DNA of 32,000 nucleotides from Erysipelotrichaceae bacterium (GTDB lineage Bacteria; Bacillota_I; Bacilli_A; Erysipelotrichales; Erysipelotrichaceae), in the NCBI GenBank assembly GCA_030604855.1, contig JAUVVC010000003.1, forward strand, positions 30,001-62,000, read 5' to 3'. The translations under genes were made by a program, and so were the position numbers. Positions within the stretch are counted from its first letter, which is position 1. Each line of letters begins with the position of its first letter. Under the pieces are notes generated by a model, which saw only the letters and a list, made by a program, of their open reading frames with translations, was not told where the DNA came from and ran no database searches. Positions 9,515-18,690 of this stretch are shown piece by piece.

Positions 9515-10015
9515 ATGAATAAACACAGCGACTTTGAAACCATCTACCGTGCGACTTTCAACACATTGAGCAAACATGTGTATTTTAAGGTTGCGAAATT
9601 GAGTGATGCGGAAGATATCGTTCAAGAAGTTTATATGGATTATTATCGATACATTCAGGCACAGAACAAAGAAGTGGAGAATGTACAAGCGTACTTGATT
9701 CAAATCGCAAATAACAAGTTGAGTCATTATTATAAGGATAAAGCAAGTTTGGTGTCCATTGAAGATGATGGAAATATCTTTGATCAAAGTGAAGATCCAC
9801 TTCAACTTGAGCATACGGTCTTAGATAAAGCCACACTTGATCAGATCTTTTCAGAAATTATGAACTTGAGTGAAGTTGACCAACACATCATGTTTGGCTA
9901 CTATCGTTTTGGACTCAATTATCGTGAATTATCCGAGAAACTTGACATGCCGGAAAGTACAATCAAGAGCAGGGCGCAGAAGATTATTGAAAGCCTTAGA
10001 GAGAAATTTAGATAA
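9515..10015 (+). CDS. RNA polymerase sigma factor, ECF (sigma-70 family group 4)
   Basis: 166 aa. Region 2-like DAEDIVQEVYMDYYRYI and region 4 HTH LNYRELSEKLDMPESTIKSRAQKIIESLREKF. Confidence 0.8.
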   Translation: MNKHSDFETIYRATFNTLSKHVYFKVAKLSDAEDIVQEVYMDYYRYIQAQNKEVENVQAYLIQIANNKLSHYYKDKASLVSIEDDGNIFDQSEDPLQLEHTVLDKATLDQIFSEIMNLSEVDQHIMFGYYRFGLNYRELSEKLDMPESTIKSRAQKIIESLREKFR

Positions 10016-10071
10016 GTTTTCGTCGAAAACGATTCAATCGTACTCGTAGAGGGTGAAAGGACGGTTAAGCA

Positions 10072-11103
10072 ATGAATAAAATTAAGAAAAGTATCGAGAT
10101 GCATGCATTCAATGAAGATGTATTTTTAAATCGTATCACCATGCAGGCAGATCGCGAAGGCTTGACGAGTCAACGTCCTCTAGGAGGAAGATCAATGAAA
10201 AAAGTATTGGGTTTATTTGCCTTAAGTTTCGCACTTGTATTGGGGCTTTGGGTAGGGTTGAATCAGTTCAGTCCAGTGGATAAAAGTCTGATCACAAGCA
10301 TTGTGGCTATCGACATCAATCCGAGCTTCGAAGTATCGGTTAATGCTTTGGATAATGTCGTTAAGATCGAAGCCGTTAATGGAGATGCAGAAGTGGTTGA
10401 AGTGGATGACCTGATCGGCATGAAAGTCGAAGACGCAGTGGCTTTGATCATTCAACGTTCCGGAGAAGCAGGCTTCATCGATATTGAAGATTTGGAAGAA
10501 GATTTCGTTATCGTAACTTCGATTTCACTTCAAGATCGTGATCAAGACCATGATCGCATCCAAGATCGCATTCAAGATCAAATCAAGGACAATGAATACC
10601 TTCAATCTTTGAACATCGTATCCATCAAGGCGACACAACGTGAAAAGTTTGAGGCAGAAGGTAAGAATATACCAATCGGACTTTACGTAATCAATGGGTA
10701 TGTCTTACAAGAAGATGGTTCATACATGAAGGCAGGAGAGTTCTTCTCCAATCCTGAAAATCGAGAAGCGGTTAAGAATCGAGTCCAAATCACAGAAGAA
10801 AATGAATTGAAACTTCGTGAACGTATTGAAAAAGCACTTGGCAAATTGGAAGCCAAAGGTGAAGACGCCACGGAATATCGCCAACGCTTAGAAAATGCAG
10901 GTATGGAAGAAATGCTGCAGATCCAAGCAGAGATCAAAGTTGAATCGAAACAAGCAGAAGATGCTGGTAATGATGATTCAGGCAATCCAGACGCTGGAAA
11001 TCCAGATGTGGGAAGTGGTGAAGGTGTTGAAAACACAGAAAACCGTGGCAATTCAGATACTGCCCCAAAGGCGAATGATAACGCTGGCGGCAAAGGTAAC
11101 TAA
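10072..11103 (+). CDS. putative membrane-anchored anti-sigma factor with acidic low-complexity tail
   Basis: Lies immediately downstream of the ECF sigma gene. Has a short N-terminal segment, one TM helix (VLGLFALSFALVLGLWVGL), an RsgI-like IDINPSFEVSVN segment, then D/E/Q/N-rich repeats (QDRDQDHDRIQDRIQDQIKD; GNPDAGNPDVG). An alternative strong-SD start is ATG 10195. Confidence 0.5.
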   Translation: MNKIKKSIEMHAFNEDVFLNRITMQADREGLTSQRPLGGRSMKKVLGLFALSFALVLGLWVGLNQFSPVDKSLITSIVAIDINPSFEVSVNALDNVVKIEAVNGDAEVVEVDDLIGMKVEDAVALIIQRSGEAGFIDIEDLEEDFVIVTSISLQDRDQDHDRIQDRIQDQIKDNEYLQSLNIVSIKATQREKFEAEGKNIPIGLYVINGYVLQEDGSYMKAGEFFSNPENREAVKNRVQITEENELKLRERIEKALGKLEAKGEDATEYRQRLENAGMEEMLQIQAEIKVESKQAEDAGNDDSGNPDAGNPDVGSGEGVENTENRGNSDTAPKANDNAGGKGN

Positions 11104-11115
11104 AAACGTTTAGCG

Positions 11116-11148
11116 AAAAAAGACATCGAGTGAATCGATGTCTTTTTA
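11116..11148. terminator. bidirectional rho-independent terminator
   Basis: AGACATCGA-gtgaa-TCGATGTCT (9 bp) flanked by an A run and a T run, between convergent genes. Confidence 0.6.
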
Positions 11149-11173
11149 CTGTTTGTCGGCTGTGATGAATCGT

Positions 11174-11728
11174 CTATTTGGAAAGGGAAAAGCCACCTGT
11201 CCATCCAATCAGCCCACGGATGGCTAACGTGATTTGTAAGAAACCTAAGGCCTCCAACTCACGAGCACGTTTCAAGGAACCTGCATCTATGATATTCAAG
11301 TGACTTCCGTCTAATGCGTTTGTCAGTTCAGCTTTTGCATCGGCATCATCGGATGCCAACAACACGGAAGTGGTAGTATCCCCTGCAAGGGTAGCGGCAA
11401 AGTTTGTGTTGAAGGCTTTGACGACACGTGCTGCGGGTGCGGCTTTTGCGATCACTTCTGTTGCGGAACTGTCACTGGGAACCAAAAGCGCGTCCATGGT
11501 GCTGAAATCTACAGGATTGGTGATATCGACCAAGATTTTCCCTTTGAAGTCGTTCGCTTCAAGAATCGTGGTGAGTGCCCCATAAGGAACGGCGAGGATG
11601 ACGATGTCTCCGATGTTTGTGACTTCGTCTTTTGAGCCATAGAGTGTGACTTCATTGCCGGCTTTTGTAAATCGTTCGGCAATGACTTTAGCCATATTGC
11701 CTTTTCCAAAGATGCTTATGTTTTTCAT
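11174..11728 (-). CDS. NAD(P)-binding oxidoreductase (NADPH-dependent F420 reductase-like family)
   Basis: Rossmann N-terminus MKNISIFGKGNMAKVIAERFTKAGNEVTLYG. 184 aa. Divergent from an HxlR regulator. Confidence 0.7.
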   Translation of the reverse strand: MKNISIFGKGNMAKVIAERFTKAGNEVTLYGSKDEVTNIGDIVILAVPYGALTTILEANDFKGKILVDITNPVDFSTMDALLVPSDSSATEVIAKAAPAARVVKAFNTNFAATLAGDTTTSVLLASDDADAKAELTNALDGSHLNIIDAGSLKRARELEALGFLQITLAIRGLIGWTGGFSLSK

Positions 11729-11856
11729 GTTATGTCCTCTTTCTTAAGATGCTTGTGTTTTGTTGAGCATCTGCTATAATTATCGCAGTACTATAATTAA
11801 TGTAAAGTACGCACTAAAAAGTTATATAGTATCCAAATAGATACCTAGGAGAACAT

Positions 11857-12189
11857 ATGGAACACAATCAATTACCTGAATGTCCAGTTGAAGTAACTTT
11901 GGGATTATTGTCCAGTAAATGGAAGATCTTGATCATTCGTGAATTATTGACAGGCACAAAGCGCTTCAGTGAAATCAAGCGGACTTTGCCCGACGTCACA
12001 CAGAAGATGTTGACGCAAAGTCTACGTGGATTAGAGGAAGATGGATTGATTGAGCGGAAAGTCTATCCTGTTGTTCCACCTAAGGTTGAATATTCGTTAT
12101 CTGAATTGGGTTGGCGTTTAAGTCCAGTGATCGATACGATGCGAACGTTTGGTACGCAGTATCGACAATTTGAACAACCATCTTCATAA
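11857..12189 (+). CDS. HxlR family transcriptional regulator
   Basis: CPVEVTLGLLSSKWKILIIRELL...KRFSEIKRTLPDVTQKMLTQSLRGLEEDGLIERKVY is the HxlR winged-helix signature. AGGAGA SD. Confidence 0.85.
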   Translation: MEHNQLPECPVEVTLGLLSSKWKILIIRELLTGTKRFSEIKRTLPDVTQKMLTQSLRGLEEDGLIERKVYPVVPPKVEYSLSELGWRLSPVIDTMRTFGTQYRQFEQPSS

Positions 12190-12270
12190 ATCACTAACAG
12201 GGAAACATTTTTATAATATTGATCGTAAATAGATTCATCATTCGATATAATGGGACCACTGAGGAAATTT

Positions 12271-13572
12271 ATGCGTAAAATAGTTTTGATTTTTTTCTTG
12301 GTGATCGCACTTAGCGCTTGCCAAGCACAAGTAAATCGCTTACCTGCGAACAGTGAAGTTAAGATTGCGATCGCGACCGATCTTCATTTGTTATCGGATC
12401 AACTTTTTGACTACGATCCTGAAACCATGGAGGCCTATGTCAGTGGTGATGGACGTTTGGTTTTCTATACATCCGAAATCATGGATGCCTTTAGTAATCA
12501 ACTGAGTATAGAGAAACCGGATGTTCTCATCATCAGTGGTGACTTGACGCATAATGGCGAAAAGAAAAGCCATGAAGTGCTTTCAAAGAAACTTAAGGAA
12601 CTTGAGAAGGATGGTATCCGAGTTCTCGTCGTACCTGGGAATCATGATATCGAAAACTTCTTAGCGCGATCATTGCAAGATGGCAAGTGGATCTCGACAG
12701 ATACCATTGTGGCAAAGGATTTTGATCGTTATTATAAAAACTTTGGATATGCCGATGCTTTGGACAGAGATCCAAATGGTTTGAGTTATGTCAGTGAACT
12801 TTCAGAAGATCTGTGGGTTTTGATGATAGATTCCAACCGATATCGTATCGGAATGCCAACAGGGAGCGGTGAAATACGTGATGAGTCTATGGAATGGATC
12901 GAATCCATTTTGATAAAGGCTAAGGAAATGAATGTGGAAGTGTTTAGTGTCATGCATCATAATCTTTTGATTCACAGTCCCAATAACTATATTGGGAATA
13001 CCTTGAACAATTACGAAGAAGTTGTGGAACTTTATGATCAGTACGATGTGCGTTTGAATTTCAGTGGTCATATCCATGCCCAAGGCATCGTACATTCTGA
13101 ACACATGGAGCCAATTTATGATGTGGTTACGAGTTCAATAAGCATAAGCCCAATTCAATATGGATGGGTGACATATCAAAAAGATGATGGGTTTGAATAC
13201 GTTACACGACAGGTTGATGTGCAGAATTGGGCGATTCAAAACAATCTCAGTGATATGAACCTTTTAAACTTTAAAGACTATGCTCGCGAATCATTTAAGG
13301 CACTTTCATATGGTCGCACACTTGAAACCCTGACGGAACTTGGACTTTACAATGCAGAGATGAATGAGCTCTTAGCTTCAAGCATGTCTGAAGTCAATGC
13401 TTACTATTTCCCAGGACATATCGCTAATGAACGAGAACGATTCTTGGTCAGTGAAGGTGTCCTTCAATGGATGAGTAAGAGTGAGCCTCAACGTACACGA
13501 CGTTATGTCGAATTCATGCTTCAAGAAAAGTCGATCAGTCCAATCCACTTGAAGCTTCAAACAAACAATTGA
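12271..13572 (+). CDS. metallophosphoesterase, probable lipoprotein
   Basis: Lipobox FLVIALSAC. Calcineurin-like motifs IATDLH, SGDLTHNG, PGNHD and SGHIH. Start ATG 12271 follows GAGGAA. Confidence 0.75.
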   Translation: MRKIVLIFFLVIALSACQAQVNRLPANSEVKIAIATDLHLLSDQLFDYDPETMEAYVSGDGRLVFYTSEIMDAFSNQLSIEKPDVLIISGDLTHNGEKKSHEVLSKKLKELEKDGIRVLVVPGNHDIENFLARSLQDGKWISTDTIVAKDFDRYYKNFGYADALDRDPNGLSYVSELSEDLWVLMIDSNRYRIGMPTGSGEIRDESMEWIESILIKAKEMNVEVFSVMHHNLLIHSPNNYIGNTLNNYEEVVELYDQYDVRLNFSGHIHAQGIVHSEHMEPIYDVVTSSISISPIQYGWVTYQKDDGFEYVTRQVDVQNWAIQNNLSDMNLLNFKDYARESFKALSYGRTLETLTELGLYNAEMNELLASSMSEVNAYYFPGHIANERERFLVSEGVLQWMSKSEPQRTRRYVEFMLQEKSISPIHLKLQTNN

Positions 13573-13592
13573 GAATATGGTAAAATAAGACT

Positions 13593-14048
13593 ATGCAAAA
13601 ACCAAGTTTCATCATGCCAGCTAGGGGACATCTCATGTCCTTGGAACATGTTCCAGATGACATGTTCAGTAAATACTTATTAGGAGATGGCTTTGCGATT
13701 GATCTTTATTCAGGCGAAGTCGTTGCGCCGTTTAAAGGAAAGATCACTGCAATCTTCCCAGGCGGTCATGCCTTGGGCTTAAGAGGAGACCAAGGGGTGG
13801 ATATATTGATTCACATCGGTCTGAATGCGGTACGTTTACGCAATGAACCTTTTGAAATCGCTGTGCAAATCGGTGAAGTTGTTGAGCAAGGACAATTACT
13901 CGTCAAAGCAGACTTGGAAAAGTTTAGGGAAGGCAATGTCTTGCCGATCATGCCCGTCATCTTCACCAACCAAGCCATGTTTAAGATGACGTGTTTGGAT
14001 GTGGATGTGGCGTTGGGTCAAAGTGATTGCGTCCATATTCTAGAATAG
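13593..14048 (+). CDS. PTS EIIA (glucose-family EIIA domain) stand-alone protein
   Basis: VPDDMFS...GDGFAI...GHALGLRGDQGVDILIHIGLNAVRL...GEVVEQGQLL matches the EIIA-Glc fold, including the paired His region. No EIIB/C gene is adjacent. Confidence 0.8.
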   Translation: MQKPSFIMPARGHLMSLEHVPDDMFSKYLLGDGFAIDLYSGEVVAPFKGKITAIFPGGHALGLRGDQGVDILIHIGLNAVRLRNEPFEIAVQIGEVVEQGQLLVKADLEKFREGNVLPIMPVIFTNQAMFKMTCLDVDVALGQSDCVHILE

Positions 14049-14106
14049 GCATATTGCTTGAATCCCATTCATTGCTTCATTATGCTAATCATGAAGCGGA
14101 GGATGT

Positions 14107-14472
14107 ATGAAAAAATTATTAATACCGATCATGGGCTTACTCTTGTTAAGTGCATGTGCGAATGGAGCCAGTGTGACGAAAATCAGTGCAGCAAAAGCTA
14201 AAGAGATGATGGAGACCCAAGATGTGATCATCGTGGATGTCCGAACACAAGAAGAGTACAACGAAGGGTATATTCCCAATGCGATTTTGATTCCCAATGA
14301 ATCGATCGTGGGTGAACCTGAAGCATTGATGGATAAGGATGCGACCATCTTAGTGTATTGCCGTAGTGGCAATCGAAGTGCACAAGCCGCAAAAAAGCTT
14401 GTGGATTTAGGGTATACAAATGTTTATGATTTTGGTGGCATCATCGATTGGCCATACGAAATCGTGAATTAA
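14107..14472 (+). CDS. rhodanese-like domain lipoprotein
   Basis: Lipobox LLLLSAC. Rhodanese active-site loop YCRSGNRS. GGAGGA SD. Confidence 0.8.
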   Translation: MKKLLIPIMGLLLLSACANGASVTKISAAKAKEMMETQDVIIVDVRTQEEYNEGYIPNAILIPNESIVGEPEALMDKDATILVYCRSGNRSAQAAKKLVDLGYTNVYDFGGIIDWPYEIVN

Positions 14473-14491
14473 TGCAGAAATGCATTTTTTT
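14472..14491 (+). terminator. rho-independent terminator
   Basis: ATGCA-gaaa-TGCAT followed by T7. Confidence 0.45.
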
Positions 14492-14520
14492 AAGAAGAAT
14501 GAAGGGACATAACTTGAACT

Positions 14521-15186
14521 ATGCCACGTAAAGCACGCCAAAGTTTACAATCCAATCTGGTCCTGGTGACTCAGAAGTCCAATTTACGCATGTACCGTGA
14601 TGACCATGACCGGGATGTCTTTTTAGATTTACTTAAGAAAGTGCAAAGTAATTTCAACTGTGTGGTCTTGGCCTTTTGTTGTTTCGATGAAGATGCGTTT
14701 CAAATCGTCATCGATACCAACGGGGCAAACATCTCAAAGATCATTCAATCCTTAACCATCAGTTATGCCTTGCATCGAAGAAGTGAGGAAAAACTCTTCA
14801 CGCAACGCTTTAAAACCAAGGCCTTGATGGATGAGTCTGAGGTTCGTAAAGCTGTTGAGCAGATCCGTGAAGGCAAAGAAGACTATGTCGGTTGTTGCAT
14901 GTTCTCAGATACACTACAAAAGTATGATTGGATCAAACCCTATTCAAACATTCAATTCTTGAATCTTAAGAAAGACTACGAAGTCAAACCAGAATCCGAT
15001 TTCCAAGCACTACTGGATGACTATCTTCGCACACATCAAATCAGCTTTGATGAGATCTTAAAGAAAAAAGAATTACGGAATGCATGCATCAAGTACTTTA
15101 GACAAGAAATGGACTGTAGCTTAGCGAAGCTTGGTGAAGTTTTCAAACTCTCAGAATCATCCGTATCCAAAATCATCAATAACTAA
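14521..15186 (+). CDS. IS200/RayT-like (Y1 transposase fold) protein with C-terminal DnaA-C-like HTH; HUH motif apparently lost
   Basis: The N-terminus MPRKARQSLQSNLVLVTQKSNLRMYRDDHDRDVFLDLL and ...VLAFCCFDEDAFQIVIDT...ISYALHRR...FTQRFKTKAL follow the layout of REP-associated Y1 transposase-like proteins. AFQ sits where the His-hydrophobic-His motif is expected. The C-terminus ends in HTH-like CSLAKLGEVFKLSESSVSKIINN. Confidence 0.45.
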   Translation: MPRKARQSLQSNLVLVTQKSNLRMYRDDHDRDVFLDLLKKVQSNFNCVVLAFCCFDEDAFQIVIDTNGANISKIIQSLTISYALHRRSEEKLFTQRFKTKALMDESEVRKAVEQIREGKEDYVGCCMFSDTLQKYDWIKPYSNIQFLNLKKDYEVKPESDFQALLDDYLRTHQISFDEILKKKELRNACIKYFRQEMDCSLAKLGEVFKLSESSVSKIINN

Positions 15187-15246
15187 TGCAAATATCTTGA
15201 TATTCAAGTAGTGTCCCCTTATACTTGAATTCGTAAGGAGGGTAGT

Positions 15247-16212
15247 ATGTCACTCAATTTCAGTTTTAGTGGTTTAAACAAATCAAAAGTCGATACCAGT
15301 ATTCTATATGACTTTGTGGCAATCGGTGGTGGACCCGCGGGATACAATGCGGCACTTTATGCGAAACGCAAAGGCTTAAAGACCTTGGTCATCGCTAAAA
15401 AACCAGGAGGACAACTCCTGAATACCTCTTCAGTCGACAATTATCTCGGTTTTGTGGAGTTATCGGGTGAAGCGCTTAGTGAGCATTTCATTGAACACAT
15501 TCAATCGATCGATGTCAAAGAAGTGAATGATCAAGCGATTGAATCCATTCAAAAGATTAATGAGATCTTTGAACTCACGATGGAGAATGGGGATGTCTTA
15601 AAGACGAAAACCGTACTCGTTGCGACGGGTTCGAATCCGCGTAAGCTTGGCGTAAAAGGTGAAGATACCTTCGCGAATGCCGGCGTTGCCTACTGTGCCA
15701 TCTGTGATGCGCCACTCTTTAAGGGTAAGGATGTCATCATTGCCGGCGGGGGGAACTCAGCCGTCGAAGCTGCCATCGATGTGGCAAAAATCGCAAAACA
15801 GGTTACACTTGTGCATCGGAGTCAGTTCAGAGCCGATCAGGTTCTCATTGATAAGATGATGGCACAGTCCAACATCACCATTCATTTGGAATCCCAAATC
15901 TTAGAGATTTATGGGGATGTCAAAATGCGTGGCATCAAAGCCTTGAATAAGAAGACCAATGAAGAATTCAGTGTTGAAGCCGATGGCATCTTCATTGAAA
16001 TCGGAAACATCCCAAACTCAGGGCTGGTCAAAGACCTCGTCGAACTCAATGCCAACCAAGAAGTGCTCGTCAACCGTAAACAAGAAACTTCCCTCCCAGG
16101 CCTCTATGCCGCAGGGGATGTGACGGATACACCCTATAAACAAATCATCGTGGCGACTGCGGAAGGTGCGAAAGCAGCACTGGCGGCCAACGAATACATC
16201 AATACCCATTAA
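15247..16212 (+). CDS. thioredoxin-reductase-like FAD/NAD(P)H disulfide oxidoreductase
   Basis: GGGPAGYNAALYA (FAD), redox CAICDAPLF, GGGNSAVEAA (NAD(P)H) and AAGDVTD. TAAGGAGG SD. Confidence 0.8.
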   Translation: MSLNFSFSGLNKSKVDTSILYDFVAIGGGPAGYNAALYAKRKGLKTLVIAKKPGGQLLNTSSVDNYLGFVELSGEALSEHFIEHIQSIDVKEVNDQAIESIQKINEIFELTMENGDVLKTKTVLVATGSNPRKLGVKGEDTFANAGVAYCAICDAPLFKGKDVIIAGGGNSAVEAAIDVAKIAKQVTLVHRSQFRADQVLIDKMMAQSNITIHLESQILEIYGDVKMRGIKALNKKTNEEFSVEADGIFIEIGNIPNSGLVKDLVELNANQEVLVNRKQETSLPGLYAAGDVTDTPYKQIIVATAEGAKAALAANEYINTH

Positions 16213-16225
16213 AAGGAGAAAGAAA

Positions 16226-16864
16226 ATGGAAAAATTATTAAACAAAGAAGTGCAAGATCAATTGCGTGAAGTCTTCAATGAATTGAAAGAGAATGTGACC
16301 ATGGTTCTTTTCACCAGTGAAAAGGACTGTGAAAGCTGTGAAGCAACGCAAGGCTTATTGACTGAAGTTGCGGAACTCAGTGACAAATTAAGCGTTAAAC
16401 AACACGATTTAAATTCAGAAGAAGCCAAGCAATATGACATCACCTTAGCCCCAAGCTTTGTGTTGCTCAATGCGAAAGGCGAATACCAAGGGGTTAAGTT
16501 CAATGGTATCCCTGCGGGTCATGAAATCAACAGCTTCATCTCGGCCTTGATTGAAATGTCGGGTGCGGAAAGTGAAATCCCTGCTGAACTCTTGGAACGT
16601 ATTCAAAAGATCGACAAGCCTGTAAACATCAAGGTCTTCGTCACCTTGTCTTGCCCACATTGCCCGGGTGCGGTTCAAAAAGCCCATAAGATTGCGATGT
16701 TGAATAAGAATGTCGTGGGTGAAATGATTGAAGCTCAAACGTTCTATGACCTTTCAACGAAATTCAACGTATCTGGTGTTCCTAAGATCATCATCAATGA
16801 TTCATTGGAATTGGTCGGTAACCAACCGATTGAACGTTTCTTAGAACAAATCGAATCCCTTTAA
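16226..16864 (+). CDS. two-domain thioredoxin-fold protein (glutaredoxin-like / protein disulfide oxidoreductase, AhpF-N-terminal-like)
   Basis: Two CxxC sites (CESC and CPHC in LSCPHCPGAV). About 212 aa. AAGGAGA precedes ATG 16226. Lies directly after the reductase gene. Confidence 0.7.
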   Translation: MEKLLNKEVQDQLREVFNELKENVTMVLFTSEKDCESCEATQGLLTEVAELSDKLSVKQHDLNSEEAKQYDITLAPSFVLLNAKGEYQGVKFNGIPAGHEINSFISALIEMSGAESEIPAELLERIQKIDKPVNIKVFVTLSCPHCPGAVQKAHKIAMLNKNVVGEMIEAQTFYDLSTKFNVSGVPKIIINDSLELVGNQPIERFLEQIESL

Positions 16865-16869
16865 GCATC

Positions 16870-16905
16870 AAAGTATACATTCTCTAAGAGTGTATACTTT
16901 TTTTA
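16870..16905 (+). terminator. rho-independent terminator
   Basis: AGTATACA-11 nt-TGTATACT followed by T7. Confidence 0.6.
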
Positions 16906-16921
16906 TTGATAATTTGTCAAA

Positions 16922-17272
16922 TTAAGCGAAACACTCAATTGATAAACCATTTATAACTTCTAAAGGTGTTAAAAAGCCGATACATCTACGAGGCCGATTG
17001 TTGAGTAGATTCAATTTTTCATGAAGTTCAAGATTTGATGTTTCAGATAAATCCATACCTTTTGGATAATATTCTCTTAGTAATCCATTCGAGTTTTCAT
17101 TCGTTCCTTTTTGCCAAGCGCAATAAGGATCCGCAAAGTATAAATCACAGTTTAGTTTTTCTTCAATCTCTTTGTATCCTGCGAATTCTTTACCTCGATC
17201 ACAGGTAATCGTTATAACTAATTCGTCTGGGTAAATTGAAAGAAGTTCAATGATCGCAGCTGTCACATTTTC
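16922..17272 (-). pseudogene. IS30-family transposase, C-terminal fragment only
   Basis: ITCDRGKEFAGYKEIEEKL...YFADPYCAWQKGTNENSNGLLREYYPKGMDL...LNNRPRRCIGFLTPLEV matches the C-terminal part of the IS30 DDE domain. There is no N-terminal HTH or first catalytic Asp region, and the frame closes at about 17272. Confidence 0.75.
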
Positions 17273-17315
17273 TCAGTTCGGTCCGGAAGAAGTGGAGATT
17301 TGCGATTATCACTAA
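17268..17315 (+). pseudogene. possible 3' remnant of a higB-type toxin gene
   Basis: 15 codons FSQFGPEEVEICDYH then TAA, ending 13 nt before higA. HigB-family killer proteins typically end in ...DYH. Lacks start and body. Confidence 0.4.
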
Positions 17316-17328
17316 GAAAGGAAGCACA

Positions 17329-17646
17329 ATGAACATGAAGAAACTTATTCCGGTAGCACCTGGTGAGCTATTGTTAGAAGAATTTATGATTCCAATGAAT
17401 TTGACCAAATATCGTTTAGCGAAAGATATTAAAGTTTCTGCTCAACGCATTGGTCAGATCGTGGCAGGTAAGCGAGCGATTACGGCAGATACGGATTTAC
17501 GTTTATGTAAATACTTTGGACTTAGTGAAGGGTATTGGCTTCGTATACAGAATAAGTATGATGTCGAAATCGAGAAATTTAAAATAAAAGATCAGTTGGA
17601 TCTTATCGTACCCTTCTCTAAGCTTCATCTAAACAATCATAACTAG
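17329..17646 (+). CDS. higA: HigA-family antitoxin (XRE HTH)
   Basis: PGELLLEEFMIPMNLTKYRLAKDIKVSAQRIGQIVAGKRAITADTDLRLCKYFGLSEGYWLRIQNKYD is the classic HigA/VapI pattern. Confidence 0.8.
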   Translation: MNMKKLIPVAPGELLLEEFMIPMNLTKYRLAKDIKVSAQRIGQIVAGKRAITADTDLRLCKYFGLSEGYWLRIQNKYDVEIEKFKIKDQLDLIVPFSKLHLNNHN

Positions 17647-17793
17647 ATATCAATTGTTATTCTGTAATTATAGATCGCTTAAAATAATCATTAACATCAA
17701 AACCCACTGAAAAGTGGTTTTTCTTAAGTTGCGTAATCAAGATAGTAAATTGGTTTAAGTGTGTATGTGAATGAGATATGTTAAACTGAACAT

Positions 17794-18690
17794 ATGGAAA
17801 AGATACAACTTAATAATGAGGTGGCCTTGTCTCGCATCATCCAAGGTCTATGGCGTCTCAAATCATGGAAAATGACTCCTGAAGCATTGCTGGAATTTGT
17901 TCATCAGTGCATCGACTTGGGTGTCACCAGTTTTGATACCGCTGAAATTTATGGGAATTACGAAGCTGAAGCGATGTTTGGTGAAGCCTTGAAATTGGAA
18001 CCGGAATTACGCTCCAAGATCGAAATCATCACCAAGACCGGTATAAACATGAAATCGGATAAACGTCCGTATACCATCGGTCATTATGATACGACCTATG
18101 ATAAAGTCGTCGCTTCGTGTAAGAAGAGCATTGATTTGATGCATTGTGAGTATTTGGATGTCTTCTTGATTCATCGCGAAGATCCTCTGATCAACCACAA
18201 GGAAGTTGCTCGTGCTTTGAATGATCTTAAAGCGATGGGTTTGATTAAGTCGTTTGGTGTTTCAAATTTCGATCCTTTCAAGTTTGATGCCTTGCAAAAA
18301 GCAACGGGTGGTCAATTGGTCACCAATCAAATCGAAGTATCGCCTTTATGTTTTGAACACTTCAATAATGGAAATATGGATTATCTTCAATCCGTGGATG
18401 TGCCTCCAATGATCTGGTCGCCATTAGCCGGTGGTAAGATTTTTACCGGAACCGATGAGCGCTCAACCAATGTACGTAAGGTATTGGAAGATCTATCTAA
18501 AGAATATGGTGTTGAGACGGATGTCTTGGCCTATGCTTGGTTGCTAAAACACCCTGTACGGATGATGCCGATCTGTGGCAGTGGGAAGATCGATCGTGTG
18601 AAGAATGCGGTCAAAGCCTTGGATGTGGAGTTGAAGCACGAAGATTGGTATAAGATCTATGTCGCTTCGAAGGATCAGGAACTCAGATAA
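17794..18690 (+). CDS. aldo/keto reductase (YdhF-like)
   Basis: GVTSFDTAEIYGNYEAE, LIHREDP and FGVSNF motifs. 298 aa. Confidence 0.85.
   Translation: MEKIQLNNEVALSRIIQGLWRLKSWKMTPEALLEFVHQCIDLGVTSFDTAEIYGNYEAEAMFGEALKLEPELRSKIEIITKTGINMKSDKRPYTIGHYDTTYDKVVASCKKSIDLMHCEYLDVFLIHREDPLINHKEVARALNDLKAMGLIKSFGVSNFDPFKFDALQKATGGQLVTNQIEVSPLCFEHFNNGNMDYLQSVDVPPMIWSPLAGGKIFTGTDERSTNVRKVLEDLSKEYGVETDVLAYAWLLKHPVRMMPICGSGKIDRVKNAVKALDVELKHEDWYKIYVASKDQELR

Noticed and set aside
10531-11010. Short tandem DNA repeats in the anti-sigma gene (12-nt CAAGATCGC-type units at 10557-10580; 15-nt GGNAATCCAGA units near 10981-11010) as a possible contingency locus or CRISPR-like array
   Set aside because: The units are in-frame, imperfect and only 2-3 copies, encoding D/Q/R and GNPD low-complexity linker. 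There are no spacers or repeat-spacer architecture. No CRISPR array exists anywhere in the window.
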